DNA from: Lentisphaeria bacterium
Lineage (GTDB): Bacteria > Verrucomicrobiota > Lentisphaeria > JABSQK01 > JAWLHB01
Assembly (NCBI GenBank): GCA_041690595.1
Contig: JAWLHB010000037.1
Location: forward strand, 1 to 64,000
Reading direction: 5' to 3'
Length of the DNA stretch: 64,000 nt
Part shown: one piece after another, positions 44,268-54,400 of the stretch
Layout of the letters: every line of letters begins with the position of its first letter
Numbering within the stretch: position 1 is the stretch's first letter
Notes under the pieces: model-generated
What the model saw: the letters and a program-made list of their open reading frames with translations, nothing else
The model's database searches: none
Told to the model about the DNA's origin: nothing
Position numbers and translations under genes: made by a program

Positions 44268-44366
44268 TCGGGCAGCCCTTTTTTGCGGCAGCATTTGTAC
44301 TCGGCTTGCTTTGACGGCACCTGTATGCGTGGATCCAAGATGAACCGGCCACCGACTGGAGTACGC

Positions 44367-45800
44367 ATGAGCACCTATTTGCAGGAAATTCTTGCTGATT
44401 TCGAACTGCCGCAACCCCGCGACTACACCCCCGCCTTTCGCGTTTGCGCGGAGGACGGCGCGTGGCTGGTCCATGACGGCGAACGGCCGATTGCCCGCTT
44501 CTATCCGCTTCATGTGGATATCTGGGCATTCTCTCCTTTCGAGCCCGATATCAAGTTCAATGTTGAACCGGCCGGGAAGGTGGTGGATCTGCACACGTTG
44601 CACAACACCACGATCAATCTGGGGGCTCACGGCTGGCCGGCCAACTGGGCCAGGTCCGTGTCGAATATCGAAGCCGCGCTGGAATGGCGGTGGGAGATGG
44701 AGGAGGGTGACGCGCTGGCGGCGGACATTCGCTTCAAAGGACCCGAGGGGGAATGGGGGCACTGGCGCTGGCATCTGCGCTATGACGCGGTTTGGGGGCG
44801 GTATCGCCTCACCTGCGAGATTCATGCGCGCAAGATGGATCCCGCTGGCTTTGAGCCATTCAACATGATGACAGCCGGTGCTCTGGGCTGCCGGGCGGAG
44901 GATCGCCGATGGAGCCATTCCCTGTGGGAGAGCATGGACAACCAGCTCCGGCGAATCGTCCATTCCAATGTGCTCTTCTCATGCACCGACTATGGCGGTT
45001 TTCGCGATGGCGGCGGGCCGTGGCGGCGACGCTACAGCGCCTATCCGCGCGGATGGATCGGCTATGCCGCCCATGACGTGTTCAACCCGGTCACCCTGGT
45101 TCACCACACCAACACGCCCATTTATTTCGCCACCTGCAGCCAGCTTTTCGACGAGCACCTGGTCTGGTCGAACGGTGGTCAGGACATCCTGGAGGAGGAT
45201 GGCTATTTCCACTTTCGCATGGATGTGGAGGTGGTGAACCTGCGGGCCGCGCTGGCGCGTGAGCTGCTGGCGCAGGCCACGGATCCGGTCAAGCCGGCGC
45301 GCTGGCACCAGCAGGCTACGGCACTCGCCTTTCACATGGATGTCGTCAACGATTTCGAGGAACCCGTGGATCCATGGGTGGCAGAAGATTGCCCGTTCTT
45401 CATGGTCGGCCCGACAGACGCACGGATTGCATGGGGCGACGATCAGTCGCACAGTGGCACCCATGCGATACGCATGACGGCGGAGAAGCCGCACGAACGG
45501 GTGGAGCTTTTCCCTGTTGGCGCCGTCTGCAGGGTGGATCTGCACACGCGATATCGCTTCAGCGCCTGGGTCAAGACAGAGGCCGCCTTCCGCTTTGCGC
45601 GGCTGGAACTGGATGGCATCGAATATACCTTCCACAACAAGATCATGAGCGCCACGTCGGCACCCCTGAGCGGCACGAGCGAATGGACGAAGCTGGAAGT
45701 GGAGCTGGACAGCGGCGACCAGCCATACCTCCTGCCGCGCCTGGTGCTCTATGGTGCGGGCCGTGCCTGGTTTGACGACGCCATGCTCGAGAAGGCATAA
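44367..45800 (+). CDS. Hypothetical protein with C-terminal CBM4/9-like carbohydrate-binding domain
   Basis: HSGTHAIR, YRFSAWVKT, GTSEWTKL, AWFDD motifs; RBS GGAG. Confidence 0.55.
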   Translation: MSTYLQEILADFELPQPRDYTPAFRVCAEDGAWLVHDGERPIARFYPLHVDIWAFSPFEPDIKFNVEPAGKVVDLHTLHNTTINLGAHGWPANWARSVSNIEAALEWRWEMEEGDALAADIRFKGPEGEWGHWRWHLRYDAVWGRYRLTCEIHARKMDPAGFEPFNMMTAGALGCRAEDRRWSHSLWESMDNQLRRIVHSNVLFSCTDYGGFRDGGGPWRRRYSAYPRGWIGYAAHDVFNPVTLVHHTNTPIYFATCSQLFDEHLVWSNGGQDILEEDGYFHFRMDVEVVNLRAALARELLAQATDPVKPARWHQQATALAFHMDVVNDFEEPVDPWVAEDCPFFMVGPTDARIAWGDDQSHSGTHAIRMTAEKPHERVELFPVGAVCRVDLHTRYRFSAWVKTEAAFRFARLELDGIEYTFHNKIMSATSAPLSGTSEWTKLEVELDSGDQPYLLPRLVLYGAGRAWFDDAMLEKA

Positions 45801-46283
45801 TCACTTGACGGCAAATCGATACTTGACGGCGGCATCATTCCATTTGTGGTTGTGAATGACGAGGATGTAGCGCCCCGGCCCGGGAAGGGGAATCTCCTCT
45901 TCAACCAGTACCTTGACTTCCTTCTTGCTCCAGATGGGTACGATCTCCCGGGGCTCTTTCGCCTTGCCCTCGATCATCTCGTACCAGTGGTTGTACTCTT
46001 CGGGCGTGAAGATAAAGACATTGGCCGTCTGCACCTCGCCAAAGACTTCCACTTCTACCCTGGCCAACGGGGCTTCCTGCTCGATGTCGAAGCCGTCGGT
46101 AGTGTAGGGTGGTGTCCAACCGATGCTGTGCAGCCCCACGGTGGTGGAGACGAGGGTGCGATAGCTCCCTGGAACGCCCCGGAATAGAAGCCAGAGCACC
46201 ACGACCAGAAGCGCCGCGCCAGCAAGTATGAGCGGCTTCTTCGAGCGCTTCGCAGGTCGTTTGCGTGGACGATAGGCTGCCAT
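45801..46283 (-). CDS. Small single-TM hypothetical protein with beta-sandwich domain
   Basis: Basic N-terminus, one hydrophobic helix, typical codon use; alternative start 46310. Confidence 0.6.
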   Translation of the reverse strand: MAAYRPRKRPAKRSKKPLILAGAALLVVVLWLLFRGVPGSYRTLVSTTVGLHSIGWTPPYTTDGFDIEQEAPLARVEVEVFGEVQTANVFIFTPEEYNHWYEMIEGKAKEPREIVPIWSKKEVKVLVEEEIPLPGPGRYILVIHNHKWNDAAVKYRFAVK

Positions 46284-46290
46284 GAAAGGC

Positions 46291-46318
46291 AAGATAGTTG
46301 CGCTTGGCATTCATGCAA
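46291..46318 (-). promoter_or_regulatory. Candidate promoter, possibly leaderless transcript
   Basis: TTGCAT-16nt-TATCTT ending 7 nt before ATG 46283; no SD. Confidence 0.45.
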
Positions 46319-46332
46319 GCGCAAGATGCCGG

Positions 46333-46908
46333 CTACTCCTTGATCGCTTCGGCGTGCAGACGAATGTTCACCTCATGCGCGACGGCCGGACCCACGCCAG
46401 GGATATCCATGCCGTAGGTCATGCCGTAATCCATGCGATTGATGGTGACGGCGCCGTTGATGCCAATACGCACCTTACCGGTTGGATCCGTGATCGGCCC
46501 CTTTACCGTAACCGGCAGGCGAAGCTCTTTCGTCACGCCAAGAAGGGTGAAGTCGCCGATCAGGAGCTGCTTGTCACCGTCCGTTTCGATGCGTTTGGCG
46601 ACGAAGGTCATGGTAGGGTATTTCTCGACATCGAAGAAGTCGGCGGTGCGCAGGTGGTCGTCGCGTTTCTGGACATCCGTGTTGATCGACCCTGTCTGGA
46701 TGGTGAAGTCGGCGCTGGCGAGCTGATCGTTCTGGAGGGTGAGCGTACCGGCGAAGGAGGTGAAGCGCCCATGAACTTCCGTGAGGCCCATGTGGCCGAT
46801 CGAGAAGCCGATGTGACTGTGGGCCGGATCCAGGTTGTAGGTATCCTGTGCGGCAGCGTTCAGGCCGAGAGCGAGCATGGCAAGAGAGAGGGTGAGGGCA
46901 CGAATCAT
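46333..46908 (-). CDS. YceI family polyisoprenoid-binding protein
   Basis: Signal peptide; LDPAHS, RDDHLRTADFFDVEKYP, GDFTLLGVTK, INRMDYG. Confidence 0.93.
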   Translation of the reverse strand: MIRALTLSLAMLALGLNAAAQDTYNLDPAHSHIGFSIGHMGLTEVHGRFTSFAGTLTLQNDQLASADFTIQTGSINTDVQKRDDHLRTADFFDVEKYPTMTFVAKRIETDGDKQLLIGDFTLLGVTKELRLPVTVKGPITDPTGKVRIGINGAVTINRMDYGMTYGMDIPGVGPAVAHEVNIRLHAEAIKE

Positions 46909-46998
46909 GGTGAGATCTCCAATAAAGGGTGATGTGATAAGGAGCAGCCACTATACAGCAACTCTGTCGCGAGTGGAAAGCATTGGGCGCTTGAAGGA

Positions 46999-49900
46999 TC
47001 AGTGGCTGGTCATGGTGAGCCGCTCGATGTCGAGATGGAGGTCGCCGGTGAGGGTGCGACTGGTGCGGAGTCCAAAGGCGGTGCCGGAGTGGGGGGTGTC
47101 GGGGAAGGTAGCCAGGAGGGCACCGCCGATGTGGAGGAGGGTCTGGTCGCCATCGAGGGTAAGCGAGAGTTCCTGCCAGCCGGGGGTGAAGGGCCACTCG
47201 GCGCGGGCGGTGGCGGTGCGTTTTCCATCGGTGTCGACGGCAAAGCGGAGGAGGCGGTAGCTGCCGGTGGCGGGATCGAGGGAGATTTCGATCATCTGGC
47301 CGTCGACGAGGTGTCCGCCGGGTGCTGGCGTGGCGGCGCGAGTGAGGATGGTGAAGAGGCTCCATGCCTTGTCGTCGGGGAGCGTGGAGGCGCGAAAACG
47401 GAGGTATAGGCGGGCATCTTCCGGGCCGGTCCACTTCTCCAGCCTGTAGGTGTGGCCATGGCCGCGGCGGGGGCGGGAATCGCCGCCGAGGCGCAGGAGG
47501 TGACCGGCATCGTCCGGATCGGCATGGACGATGGCTCCCGGAGAGAGGAAATCCCATTGCAGGGAGGGACCGTCGGTGAAGGCTTCATGGAAGAGAACGC
47601 CCTCTTCGCGGGGCTCGTTGCCGAGGCGGAGCAGCTCGATGGCATAGGGGGTACGCAAGGCGATTTCGAAATATTCATCCGTCATGGGATCGAGGAGCTG
47701 GCCGCTCTGAAGGTCGACGATGTCTTGGCGGGGGGTGAAGCCGATCACCTCCGGGTGGAGGCGGATCCGCGTGCGACCGGGGCTTCGCGACCAGCTCTGG
47801 AGGACCAGCAGGAGGCTGCGATCGCGGGGGCGGGCCAGCAACAGCCACTTGACGGATTCGTCGTCGATGGCGAGGGCGGGTTGGTCGGCCCAGTAGTTGT
47901 GAACGGCGACCTGATCGGTGCCATAGCCGAAGCCGCGGAGCGCCTTTTCGAAGGCAGCCATGGGCAGCCGGTAGTCGGTGGGGGAGCGCGGGATCTCGTG
48001 TACCGCAAGCATGCCCCACTCCCGTTTGCGGGCATAGATGGAGGTGGCGAGGTCGCCGGCGATCTCGGTCGGCGGCAGATCGGCGGGGTCGAGGTGGAAC
48101 TCTTCGGCGCGGAAGATGGGATGGACGAGGGTGGCGTAGTTGCCGCACTGGCGGCCGAGGGAGACGGCGCGCAGGTAGCCGGGTGGATACGGTTCGCGCG
48201 GATCGTGGTGCTCGGGGAAGGCCTGGCCGAAGCGGCTGGCGCTGTATTCATTGTCGAGCGACGTTGTCGCCCAGGCGAGGATGGGCAGGAGGTTGGTGTT
48301 GGTCATGTGCTGTACGAAGCGCATGGGCTCGCCGTGGATGCGGCTCCAGTGCTGCATGAGGTTCCAGGCGCGCTGGGCATAGGCGCGCTGCTCCCAGAGC
48401 GCCAGGGAGGGCTGGATGTTGCCGTCTTCCGTGCGATAGGCGCCGGAGGTCAGTGGGTTGGTCCGCGGGGTCAAGTAGGTATTGTCCCAATAGACGCCGA
48501 TGCCCCGCTTGTTCCACTCGTTCATGTACCAGGCGCCATAGTCGCGATAGCTGGGGCCGAAGCTGGAGCGGTAGGCGGGATTGACCGCGAGCCCCTCGCG
48601 GAAGATCTCCACGGTTGGCCATTGGCGGCGGGGGCTGAGCAGATCGCGGCTCCATTCGTCCTTGTAGACGTGCCACTCCGGCCGGTCGGTGGGGGCGGCC
48701 ATCTCCTCGAAATAGGTCTGTTGCGGACGACCGCTACGGGCGGCAAAGACGCTCTGGAGTCGAACCCAGTCGCCGGTGCCGCCCAAAGGGGGTATCCGAT
48801 GCGTGTCGCGGTAGGTCTTGAACCAGTCGACATCGACCTGGCCGGCATTCTGGAACTCGATGATCTTGTCGACGATCTCCCAGCGATCCTCGAAGGGGAA
48901 CTTGTAAGCGCAGCAGAGGCCGCCAAAGGGGACGACGGGCAGGCCGCCACCCGGCCGTTCGACCGTCCGCCAATCGTCCGGCATCGGTTTGACGGGGGAA
49001 GCCTGCAGGCCGAAGACCAGCTCGCGCTCGCCTTCGAGGATGGTCGGCAGGTTGACCAGATTGACCCGCAGGAGGATGGCGGCATCGGTGCGGACGATCT
49101 CCTGCAGGGGGCGGTCGCTCAGTTCCTTTTCGGTGATCCAGCCACGGTCGTTGGCGGCGAACCAGGCGATGCCGCGCTCGACTCCCCCCATCCAGACGTA
49201 GCCGGCAAAGGCGTTGCGCCATGGCTCCTTGCGCCGGGATTGCCAGACGAGACCGTCACCGGCGGGAATCGACCCGGCGTAGTTGCGGCGCAGGCTGCCG
49301 GTATCCTCATGCATCAGCGATGCCTCGTCCGGGCGCATGGGCACTTCGAGCCAGAGGCGGCGGATACCCGCTTCGGGCGAGACGCCCGGCCGCCAGCGCA
49401 TGGTGACCTTCATCATGCCGTCCATCTCGATCTCGGAGAGGGTCTCCACGTCGAGCGCGGGGCTGCTTGCCCGCGCGAGATGGCGGGCACGGTGGTCGGC
49501 GCTCTCCAGCCACTCGCCTTGCGAGAAGGTCCAGGCGCCTTCGTCGCCGGCCATGGTCTCATGGCGCAGGCGAATGGGCGCGGCGAGGAGTTCGCGGCCT
49601 TGCGCCCGAACCGAGTCCCAGAGGCCGAAGCCGTTCATGCGGTAGTCGCGCTGAACGATGCTGACGGTATCGTCGGCGACGCGCACGGGTTCGAAGGGGG
49701 GAAAGACCTCGTCGGTGAGACCGAGGGTGTTTCCTTTCCACGGGAACTCCTGGAGGCGGAAGCTCCATGGCTCGCTGAGCAGCCGCGTCTCGCCCGCCTC
49801 GGCAACGGCGAGGAGCTGGTAAATCCCATCGGGCAGGGCTCCTGTTTGCAGCTCGGCGAAGCTCTCCGGGTCGTGGGTCCAGGTGGCCTGCGTACGGTTG

Positions 49901-51489
49901 ATCAGGTCGCCCCGTTCGTTGCGCAGCTCGAGGAAGGGGGTGGCGCCGGGAGGCAGCTCGATGGCGGAGGAGAGCTGGTAGCGGATCAGGCGTGAGGAGG
50001 GAAAGCTCCAGGCTTCGAGGGTCAGCGGGGCGCTGCTGAGGCCGAAGCGCACCTTCTCCGGATCGACATAGCTCCAGTAGCGGTTGGCCGCCTCGTTGGC
50101 GCTCAGGCCGCGGGGATAGATGGCCAGTTCGTCGACGATCACGCCGCGCTGGGCCGACCCGTGTTGATTGAGTTTCAGGGAATCGAATGGGCTGTCGCTC
50201 TGGTCGGCCTTGTAGTTGGGGCCGCTTGCGGCCAGGCTGCCATCGACGTAGAGCGAGATGGAGCCAGGATTCCAGGAGAGGACGAGGTGGTACCAGCGTC
50301 CCGGATGGTAGAGGGTGCGTTGGGAATCCGCGTACGCCTGGCGCCGTCCATCGGCAGTGTGGGTGGTGATTCCGGCAAACTTGAAGACGCGCCCGGTGTG
50401 CGCGATGTGCATGGCAAAGCCGGCCGACGAAAAGAAGCCGACGCCGGAATCGGAGAGGTTGTTCCAACCTTTGGGTTTTGCCCACAGTTCGATGGCGCCA
50501 GCTCGCCAGTCGGTCAGTGGAAAGCCATCGATGAGGATGGGGCCGTCAGCCGCCATACCCTTCACGCCGGGAACGAAGTCGCCTTTGAAGTTGACGCGGT
50601 ACCGTTCGACGATCGCCGGATCGCGGGCCGCCAGTTCGGCGCCGGCCACGGGCTCCGTATCATCGTCGAAGGAGAAGGTGAGGCGAGGCTGGCTTTCGGG
50701 GGGGAGGACGCGCTCCGTGGGCAGCATGCCTTCGGCCGCGATGCGGTCGACCCATGGGGTGGGCTCCAACTCCCAGAAGGCGTGGATGTTGGTGTGAAGG
50801 CGGACCTCGTCGATCACACCGGCCAGCCCGTTCGCGCCATCGGGGGCGGCCCCGATCACCAGTGGCGCGGCCGCGTCGTCGGCATCGTCCTGCAGGCTGG
50901 CGCTGCCGACGGCGTCAACGGCCGCCAGTTCCCGGCCGTTGACGAAGATGGAGAGCTTGCCGTGCGTGAGCAGGCCGGTGCGAACAACGGCGGCGATGTG
51001 CGCCCATTCGCCGGGGCGAAGCGCGGCGGGGGAGGTGCGGGCCTGAAGGGGGCGGCCGGCGGGATTGGTGAATCGAGCCTGTATGGCGCCATCCGTCAGG
51101 ATCTCGATAGCGAAGCCGGTATTGCGCGCGGGATGGTGGTCGCGGGCGACCAGAGTTGCCGGCTGTTCGGCGCCGGGATAGCGGTCGAGCTTCACCCAGG
51201 CTTCGACCGAGAGGGCTCGACGGCGGGAATCGCTATCCAGGCGCAGGGGCGGCAGGTTGAGGGTGGCAAAGCCATTGCCGGCGAGCCGAAGCGCTCCGCC
51301 AAAGCGCCCGTCGTCGACCAGAGCGGCATCGCCTTGCAGGCTCCATGCCGGTGGCTCCATGGGTGGCTTCTGGAGGTCGAAATGGAGGAGCGCCGGGGTA
51401 CGGTCGTCCGGCATGTAGGGCTTCCAGAAGGCGACGTCGGTGGCGGTGGCGGTGGCGCAAAGGAGTGAGAGGAGGAGGGGGAATCTCAT
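46999..51489 (-). CDS. Secreted multidomain putative glycoside hydrolase (2x LamG/ConA plus DUF6067-like core)
   Basis: Signal peptide; GRFGGAL, SVEAWVK, WAHIA, IDEVR; GAIELW, WYHLV, VDELAIY; core GVYWDN and HMTN. Confidence 0.72.
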   Translation of the reverse strand: MRFPLLLSLLCATATATDVAFWKPYMPDDRTPALLHFDLQKPPMEPPAWSLQGDAALVDDGRFGGALRLAGNGFATLNLPPLRLDSDSRRRALSVEAWVKLDRYPGAEQPATLVARDHHPARNTGFAIEILTDGAIQARFTNPAGRPLQARTSPAALRPGEWAHIAAVVRTGLLTHGKLSIFVNGRELAAVDAVGSASLQDDADDAAAPLVIGAAPDGANGLAGVIDEVRLHTNIHAFWELEPTPWVDRIAAEGMLPTERVLPPESQPRLTFSFDDDTEPVAGAELAARDPAIVERYRVNFKGDFVPGVKGMAADGPILIDGFPLTDWRAGAIELWAKPKGWNNLSDSGVGFFSSAGFAMHIAHTGRVFKFAGITTHTADGRRQAYADSQRTLYHPGRWYHLVLSWNPGSISLYVDGSLAASGPNYKADQSDSPFDSLKLNQHGSAQRGVIVDELAIYPRGLSANEAANRYWSYVDPEKVRFGLSSAPLTLEAWSFPSSRLIRYQLSSAIELPPGATPFLELRNERGDLINRTQATWTHDPESFAELQTGALPDGIYQLLAVAEAGETRLLSEPWSFRLQEFPWKGNTLGLTDEVFPPFEPVRVADDTVSIVQRDYRMNGFGLWDSVRAQGRELLAAPIRLRHETMAGDEGAWTFSQGEWLESADHRARHLARASSPALDVETLSEIEMDGMMKVTMRWRPGVSPEAGIRRLWLEVPMRPDEASLMHEDTGSLRRNYAGSIPAGDGLVWQSRRKEPWRNAFAGYVWMGGVERGIAWFAANDRGWITEKELSDRPLQEIVRTDAAILLRVNLVNLPTILEGERELVFGLQASPVKPMPDDWRTVERPGGGLPVVPFGGLCCAYKFPFEDRWEIVDKIIEFQNAGQVDVDWFKTYRDTHRIPPLGGTGDWVRLQSVFAARSGRPQQTYFEEMAAPTDRPEWHVYKDEWSRDLLSPRRQWPTVEIFREGLAVNPAYRSSFGPSYRDYGAWYMNEWNKRGIGVYWDNTYLTPRTNPLTSGAYRTEDGNIQPSLALWEQRAYAQRAWNLMQHWSRIHGEPMRFVQHMTNTNLLPILAWATTSLDNEYSASRFGQAFPEHHDPREPYPPGYLRAVSLGRQCGNYATLVHPIFRAEEFHLDPADLPPTEIAGDLATSIYARKREWGMLAVHEIPRSPTDYRLPMAAFEKALRGFGYGTDQVAVHNYWADQPALAIDDESVKWLLLARPRDRSLLLVLQSWSRSPGRTRIRLHPEVIGFTPRQDIVDLQSGQLLDPMTDEYFEIALRTPYAIELLRLGNEPREEGVLFHEAFTDGPSLQWDFLSPGAIVHADPDDAGHLLRLGGDSRPRRGHGHTYRLEKWTGPEDARLYLRFRASTLPDDKAWSLFTILTRAATPAPGGHLVDGQMIEISLDPATGSYRLLRFAVDTDGKRTATARAEWPFTPGWQELSLTLDGDQTLLHIGGALLATFPDTPHSGTAFGLRTSRTLTGDLHLDIERLTMTSH

Positions 51490-54400
51490 CTGGCGGTCAC
51501 CGGTGTCTGGCGGGCATAGGGGGCGCCGTTCTGCTGGCGGCCGTTGGGCCAGGCATACTGGATGAAGAGGAAGCCTTCGATCGTGTTCGGTTCGAGGCGG
51601 GCACGCCAGGTCGGCAAGGCATCCGGAAGCTTGCGCAAGGCGGTGGAGGTACCCGTACGGCGACTCCGATCCGTACCGTAGTCGAGCAGATTCTGAATCT
51701 CGTATTCACCGTCGAGGTTGAAGCCGAGGCCAAACCAGTCGGGAGAGATGGTAGTGTTGAGGGGTTTGTCGCTCCAGTTGGCCAGGTAGAAGAGCATCCG
51801 GCGTTCCGACTTCCAAGCGATAATGCGCAGGTCGGGATGCTGATTGCCGAACCATCTGGGCGCCCGCCAGGGGGGAATCAGGGTCCAGCTCTTTTCTGGG
51901 TCGAGGGTGCGCCGATGGGCGAAGTGGAAGGCACCGAGGTGCTCGTCATTGCCATAGCCGGTGGTTCCGCCGGGAATAGCGCCTGCCGCACTGGTGATAC
52001 GCCACATGGCCAGCTCGGCCATGTCGGTCTTTCGCCGGTCTTCCGGGTCGGGGACACCCGGGGCCCACTCGTTGTTGAGCTGGATGGTGACGGGGACGCC
52101 CCAGGCCAGGCTGCGGTTGAGCATCATTTTCTCACCGAGGCGCGCGATGACGGGGGCGGGTCCTTCCGGGGGAATGGGCACGCGGCTGTGTTCGCCCTCG
52201 ATGCGTTCCTCGACGAAGGGATAGCAGTGGATGTACTGGTGGGGGCCGGAGGTGTGGAAGGTGTTGGCGGATGGCCGCCCAAGCTCGACCGGAACCATCG
52301 CCGCGCGCTTGAAGTAGTCGCGCAGGTCGAACATGGCAAACTCGGGCTGGATGCGGCCGTCGGGCAGCTCATAGCCGAGGCCGCTGTCCACATCGTGGCA
52401 GGGAGTCGAGACGGAGACACAGTCGAAATAGTAGGCGTCGATGCCGTAGGGGATGGTGAGCCATTTTTGCATGTGCCAGGCCATGAAGCGGAGGTAGGAC
52501 TCGGGGAACTCGCGCGTGTTCCAGTCGGGGAAGCCGGCGGGGACGTTACGCTTGGAGCCGGTCTCGATATGGATGGCGCCGTGATCGTAGCGGCGGCCGT
52601 TCGGGTCATATTCGGCGGTGGTGTGGTTGCGCGGCAGGGAAGCGAACTGCGACCACTTCTCGTAGTCCATGCAGTCGACGGTGCGGGCGGCGCCGCGGTT
52701 GGGGCCGCGGCCGGACTTGACCATGTCGACCATCGACCAGCCGCGCACCTTGTGCTCGGGGCTCTTGCCTTTGGTGGCGGGTGGATGGGGGCGGGCGGGG
52801 GTTGCCTCGAAGGCCATTTCGAAGGTACGCGCGGCGGTGAGCGTATAGGGTTCGCTGACGATGTTGAAGACGAGGTCGCGGCGGCTGCGATCCTCGCTGC
52901 CGATGACGGCGATGGCGGCTTTGGCCTCGGAGGGCACCCAGCCGCGATCGCCGTCGGCCCAGTAGACCAGGCCATTTTCGGGGGTGCCCAGCCAGAGCAT
53001 GGGAACGAAGGAGCCGACGGTCATGGGCACCTTGGCCATGGGGTCGGTGCTCTCCCACTGTACGCCGGGTGCCTGGTCGAGGAGCTTGCTGGTGTGCGGC
53101 TTGCCATTCATGACGGGATGCGTGACGCGCTCGGCCATGGCCCATTGCAGGGGGGCGATCAGGCGCATGCCGCGAATCTCTACCGGCGCCTCGCCCGCCG
53201 GCTGGTAGGTGACCGTCATCCTGAGCATGCCGTCGGGTTCGAAGCGGCTGGAGATGTCAACGCGCAGGCCGTTCAGCTCGAAGCCCCCTTTGCCGAGGAT
53301 GAAGGCTTCGTTCAGGGCGGTGACGACAAAGCCGTCGCCTTCGATCCGGTCTGAGCGCTGGGTGCCGTTGGCATCGTCGATCTCGATACGCATCGGCGAG
53401 ACGAGGTGATCGACCTCCTGCCAGCCGCCGATGATGACGGGCTGGCGGTCTGGGTCGGTGTTGGCCGTGATCCGGACGGGGAGGCCGGTGTCGGCCATGC
53501 GATAGGCGCGGTTCCAGCAGACGAGGGTGGCCGGCTCGGTCAGGTAGCGACATGGTTCGAACCAGGGGAGAAGGCGGTCGGAGGTGCCGAGGGTGCACGT
53601 CTCCCATGGATGATCTTCGAGGGTGAAGGCATAGGTGTCGGTGGCCAGGACCGCGCCTGCCTCGTCGAGGACCTCGACTCGGGCGGCGTAGGCGCCGGCG
53701 GGCAGCTTGCGGTCTTCGTGGGCGGTGGTGAAATACTCCACGAAGGGGGGCATGTCGAAGGTGGCGATGCTCTTTTCGCCGCCGTCGCGGATGGTGACTC
53801 TGGCGCGATGGGCGCGATCGCGTTCCGGCATGGTAAAGCTGTCGACATTGACGCGCAGGCGTTCGCGGGACTTATAGTAGGCGACCTCATAGTTGAACTT
53901 GCGGGGGTTGCCGGTGAACTCCCGTTCGGCGGCACGCTCCAGAGGCGACACTTCGATGCGGCGGCGGTAGTAGACCTCCGTGCCGGCGGCGTCGGTGACG
54001 GCCAACTCCAGCACATAGGGATCGAAGATCTTCTCCGCTCTGGGGGCTCGCTTTTCCTGCTCGGCCAGGCTCTTCTCGTGGGAGGTGATCACCATCTGGG
54101 AGGTCGGGTCGTAAGGAATGGTATGAAAGGTTTTGGATTCGCCGGGAGCGAGTGAGATGGTCTCGGTGGTGTGGGCAAGGAGGGTGGTGACCGGCGGCGG
54201 GTCGCCCCGCTTCTGCGAGCCTTCGCGATGAACGATGTAATGGAGCCTGGCGTCGAGGGGTTCGGAGGCGATGTTGCGAACGATCAGTTCCTGGCTGTTG
54301 GTGCCGTCGTAGAGGCCGGCGACGGTGCCCATGGAGACGGCGGCCGGGGAGGCGCCCAAGCGCATCTCGAGGGGGGCGCGGAAGGGAATGCGCAGCGCCG

